Shown piece by piece: positions 35,343-38,931 of a stretch of 38,931 bases of DNA. This stretch comes from Candidatus Hodarchaeota archaeon (GTDB lineage: Archaea; Asgardarchaeota; Heimdallarchaeia; Hodarchaeales; Hodarchaeaceae): assembly GCA_016839785.1 (NCBI GenBank), contig JAEOTQ010000025.1, positions 1 to 38,931 of the forward strand, in the 5' to 3' direction. Numbering within the stretch: position 1 is the first letter of the stretch; each line of letters starts with the position of its first letter. A model generated the notes under the pieces. It did not search any database and was not told the origin of the DNA. It worked only from the letters and a program-made list of their open reading frames with translations. A program made the position numbers and the translations under genes.

Positions 35343-36428
35343 CTAGTTGATATCGATAATTCCATCACCAGTGATGGCAAAAACCGTTTCATTTTCAGGT
35401 AAAAGAGGTGAGTCGGCGATTCGAGCTATCCGGCGTTCACCCTTGGATTTTCGAAGGTAAACACGGGTCTGACTTGCATGGGCTACAATATGTCCCCCAA
35501 CAGGAGAAGTTGGATCCCCGAAAAACATATCTGGTTTAGAATGGACTTGATTAGTGAGGATGACGGCCATATTTCCGACTTCTGCCATTTTAAGCAAGGT
35601 ATGGATATGTTGATTCAATTTTTGTTGTCTGCTTGCTAATGTACCCCGACCGATATATTCTGCACGAAAGTGGGCAATCAAAGAGTCAACAACAACCAAC
35701 CCAATTGGTTCGGTTTGGCTGTCTTGAGCTGCTTTTTCAGCCAGGACCATCTGATGGTCACTATTGTAAGCACGACCATGCAATATATTTTTCAATACTT
35801 CTTTAACATCCAAATCACCTTCCCACCTTTTTGACATGTTTAAAATACGTTCAGGTCGAAAAGTTCCTTCGGTATCAATATAAATAACTTTAATAGGACC
35901 ATCAACTCGTAATCCTCCCAGTTCACGAGGTAACTGGGCTGCAACACATAGTTGATGCGCTAATTGAGTTTTTCCCGTACGGTATTCCCCATAAAGTTCA
36001 GTAACTGCGCCAGTCTCGATTCCACCGCCAAAAAGATCGTCTAGCGAAGCTGAACCTGTAGTAACCTTTAGCATATTTCGGCGACGTTCTAGTACTTCAT
36101 CTGCAGCGACAAAACCAAAATCAAGAGCATCTCTCGCCGCTTGAATAATCTTACTGGATGTTGCTTCTCCAAGATTCCCTACTGCGACAAGTTGACCAAT
36201 ACTTACTGTTGCAAGAGATTCTAATGTACCAAAACCTGATTCACGCAATTTTTTTGCGGTAGCAGGTCCAATACCTGGTAATTCATCTATGTTTCCAGAT
36301 GATGCTTCTTTACTTAGGGGTGCAGTAGGAGTAGTGGGTGGATTTTCTGACATTTCCACTTCCAACTCTCCTCCTTCCTCAAGAGTACTTTTACTATCAT
36401 TGTTTGATTTTTTTTTGCGAGGTGGCAT
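35343..36428 (-). CDS. radA: DNA repair and recombination protein RadA
   Basis: HhH IDELPGIGPATA, GEYRTGKTQ, YIDTEGTFRPER, VVDSLIAHFRAEYIGRGTL, TNQV, GGHIVAH. Confidence 0.97.
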   Translation of the reverse strand: MPPRKKKSNNDSKSTLEEGGELEVEMSENPPTTPTAPLSKEASSGNIDELPGIGPATAKKLRESGFGTLESLATVSIGQLVAVGNLGEATSSKIIQAARDALDFGFVAADEVLERRRNMLKVTTGSASLDDLFGGGIETGAVTELYGEYRTGKTQLAHQLCVAAQLPRELGGLRVDGPIKVIYIDTEGTFRPERILNMSKRWEGDLDVKEVLKNILHGRAYNSDHQMVLAEKAAQDSQTEPIGLVVVDSLIAHFRAEYIGRGTLASRQQKLNQHIHTLLKMAEVGNMAVILTNQVHSKPDMFFGDPTSPVGGHIVAHASQTRVYLRKSKGERRIARIADSPLLPENETVFAITGDGIIDIN

Positions 36429-37198
36429 TCTGAAATTATCCTACCAATTTAGTATGAGATGATAAGATATGATTCATGCCCTATTTTAACTAAACAGAGC
36501 ATTACGTCTAAAAGATCCTCCGTTTAATTGTAATTCAATGTGCTCTCCCGATGAAATAATGAAAAAAAAACTTGGAAATCGGATGAGAAGTAGAAAGAAC
36601 TAATTTTATGCAGATTTTTTTGCTAGAAAACTGATAATTACAAGATTTCGTCAATTTATTGAGAATTTGAAGCTTAAACAGGGATTTTAGATCATTTTTG
36701 TCATTTTCAAGTGCCTCTCTCACTATTGAAAATAAGCTGTTCTTTAAGGAAATCTTGGAAGGTAATGAAGTAATGTAAATCAATGAAAAAAAAGATTTCA
36801 TTAGGAAATAACAACTGTTCAAAGATAGTCGAGAGCTTCACTTTCGGTTAACTCCCTTTTGAGCAATCAACTTCATAAAAAGTAATGAAGATGAATCTTA
36901 TTTCAACGTATAAATTTCCCTGCCTTGTTAATAGCATAAATTTTGTGATATTTCCTTTACACTTATCGTATAACAAAAATTTCCTTAAATTTTTATCAAT
37001 CAGATAGTCTCCTAATCCTAAATACCGTATAGCTGTTAATGTAACTTTTATTAGAAAACTACTCCCATCCAGAGCTTATTATTGTTTTAAAATTGCGTCC
37101 TCAAGACTTTTTTACGATGAGATTAAATATTCACATAATACCGAATAAAAAGGTAACTTTCTGATTGAACCCGACTTAATTCTGTTCGAGATGAAAAA
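36429..37198. other. Candidate replication origin (oriC) upstream of cdc6
   Basis: 770-bp AT-rich non-coding gap; mini-ORB-like 12-mers CTCCCGATGAAA (36545-36556 +), TTCCTAATGAAA (36796-36807 -), TTCGAGATGAAA (37185-37196 +). Confidence 0.5.
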
Positions 37199-38491
37199 AT
37201 GGCGACACCGACAAAGAATTATTCATTCTCTGATCTCTTTGGTACACATAAAACAATCTTTCTTGATGAGGACGTAAACCAAGGAGAAAAGGTTTTCACC
37301 TCTTCTTATACCCCTCATTCCATCTGGCATCGAGAAGAAGAGATGAAAGCCCTTGTATCATATTTTAAGTCAATCATCGTTAGTCCAACTACTTCTAGTA
37401 AAAAGGTCATTCTCTACGGGCCAGTAGGAACAGGAAAAACAGTTATATCACATGCATTTGGAAATGAATTGGTAAATTATTTGGCTAGAGAACGAAATCA
37501 TGGTGATCCTAAGTTCAGATATTTCCATATAAATTGTAGGAAAACTAAAACCCCACATCTTATTCTCACAACGGTTCTTCGTTATCTTGTATCAGGCTTT
37601 CCGTTACGAGGGTTTTCCGTTGATGAGTTACTCCGCATGTTTACCTTATTACTTTATGAACAGAACTTAACCGTGCTTCTTGTACTTGATGAGATAGATT
37701 ACCTATTTCCTGAGGAAAGAACTGATTTTCTTTACTCTCTTTCAAGGCTAGAAGAATCACCCATACTTAGAGAAGAATTTGGAGTGAGTAATCGTTTAGA
37801 GAGTCGTTTTAATCTTCTAACGATCACTCGTGATAAAAACTTTCGATATTATTTAGACACATCAACAGCTTCATCTTTAGGGCGAAATTATATTACTTTC
37901 AACCCCTATACGCGCTACCAACTCTTTGATATTCTTGCTTCTCGAGCTGAATTAGGTTTACGCGAAGATTGTTATAATGATGAAATACTAGATACGATTG
38001 CAAACCTCGCTGAAGAAAAAGGTGATGCTAGATTCGCTATTGAACTGCTTTGGCGGAGTGCAAAAATCTGTGAAGCAGGGGGAGAAAAAAAACTGTCAGC
38101 AGAGCATGTAAGGAAAGCAGTAGTAGAAGTATTACCAATTGAAAAGTCAATCATAGACGATCTGAATACTCACCAGAAACTTGTCCTGTTAAGTATAGCA
38201 CGCCTTCTTTCTGTTTGCAGTCAATCTTATGTTACTACTCCTGAGGTTAGAAGAGAGTATGAAATGGTTTGTGAAGAAGCTAATAATATCCGACCCAGAC
38301 GACAAACACAAGTATGGGCATATTTAAAAGATCTGCATAGGCTTGGAATAATTCAACAGGAAGTAGAAAACCGTCACCTTGCTAATGGACGTTCTATAGG
38401 ACGGATTTCAACCATACGGATTCGAGACATTCCAACTGAGGAGATCATTCAGACATTGAACCATTCAATCGAGGATTCCTCACAATCCTAA
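37199..38491 (+). CDS. cdc6: Orc1/Cdc6 replication initiator
   Basis: YTPHSIWHREEE, GPVGTGKT, HINC, LVLDEID, FNPYTRYQLFDILASR, GDARFAI, C-terminal wHTH. Confidence 0.95.
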   Translation: MATPTKNYSFSDLFGTHKTIFLDEDVNQGEKVFTSSYTPHSIWHREEEMKALVSYFKSIIVSPTTSSKKVILYGPVGTGKTVISHAFGNELVNYLARERNHGDPKFRYFHINCRKTKTPHLILTTVLRYLVSGFPLRGFSVDELLRMFTLLLYEQNLTVLLVLDEIDYLFPEERTDFLYSLSRLEESPILREEFGVSNRLESRFNLLTITRDKNFRYYLDTSTASSLGRNYITFNPYTRYQLFDILASRAELGLREDCYNDEILDTIANLAEEKGDARFAIELLWRSAKICEAGGEKKLSAEHVRKAVVEVLPIEKSIIDDLNTHQKLVLLSIARLLSVCSQSYVTTPEVRREYEMVCEEANNIRPRRQTQVWAYLKDLHRLGIIQQEVENRHLANGRSIGRISTIRIRDIPTEEIIQTLNHSIEDSSQS

Positions 38492-38929
38492 TCCAATAAT
38501 AAGCCAATTTACGCCAAACCATAGCACTCCTCCAAGTAAAGCAGCAATAGGCACAGTCACTATCCATGATACAACTATCATTTTTACCATCTGCCTCTGA
38601 ATAGGTGATCTTTCTGCCCAACCAACGGCAATCATAGCTGCAATTAGAACATGAGTTCCACTTAAGGGGAATCCTAGAAATGTACCTATTGTCATTATAA
38701 GAGCAACCGAAATCATTGAAGAAAGTCCAGAAGTTGGATTCATCTCAACGAGTTCATTTGCTACGACCCGAATTACTATTTTTCCTATTACTATTAGGCC
38801 TAAAGCCATGCCAAAACCACCTAACAGCATCATTAGCCACAGATTTGTTGTTGTAGTTACACCTTCGAATACTTTCAAGCCCAAAACTGGTGCAATAGAG
38901 TTTGCTACGTCATTTCCAGCCCTTGATGC
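38480..38929 (-). CDS. PiT family inorganic phosphate transporter (5'-truncated)
   Basis: GNDVANSIAP read in the in-frame extension to the window edge; GFPLSGTH; SWIVTVP. Confidence 0.9.
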   Translation of the reverse strand, partial: ASRAGNDVANSIAPVLGLKVFEGVTTTTNLWLMMLLGGFGMALGLIVIGKIVIRVVANELVEMNPTSGLSSMISVALIMTIGTFLGFPLSGTHVLIAAMIAVGWAERSPIQRQMVKMIVVSWIVTVPIAALLGGVLWFGVNWLIIGLGL

Positions 38930-38931
38930 AG

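Noticed and set aside
36535-36822. 95-aa ORF in the radA-cdc6 gap
   Set aside because: F/K/S/L-rich translation typical of AT-rich non-coding DNA; overlaps the candidate origin
299-38154. Many 60-103 aa ORFs antisense to or nested within long genes (e.g. 299-550, 780-968, 2484-2765, 14032-14265, 26526-26837, 32661-32969, 37972-38154)
   Set aside because: Shadow ORFs of genes with clear motifs; no motifs of their own

Overview
A gene-dense, AT-rich archaeal chromosomal segment. RadA, Orc1/Cdc6, a geranylgeranyl reductase, a COG1107 RecJ-like protein and a probable tandem longin-fold protein point to an Asgard archaeon (Heimdallarchaeia/Hodarchaeales-like; taxonomy is inference). It holds about 37 CDSs; no tRNA, rRNA, CRISPR array or transposase was seen. 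Points of interest: (1) an operon of two paralogous Zn-ribbon DUF1156/COG1743-type DNA methyltransferases bracketing a thymidine kinase, lacking the usual helicase/ATPase/nuclease partners, next to a preQ0 transporter and an EndoIII-like gene missing its catalytic Asp; (2) a 497-bp gap between convergent genes with seven inverted repeats plus a promoter-like and a terminator-like element; (3) a probable tandem-longin eukaryote-signature protein; (4) a third methyltransferase interrupted by one in-frame TAG; (5) a histidine phosphatase that needs a non-canonical, probably CTG, start; (6) a candidate oriC with mini-ORB-like boxes between radA and cdc6. All calls were made by eye from motifs; no searches were run.
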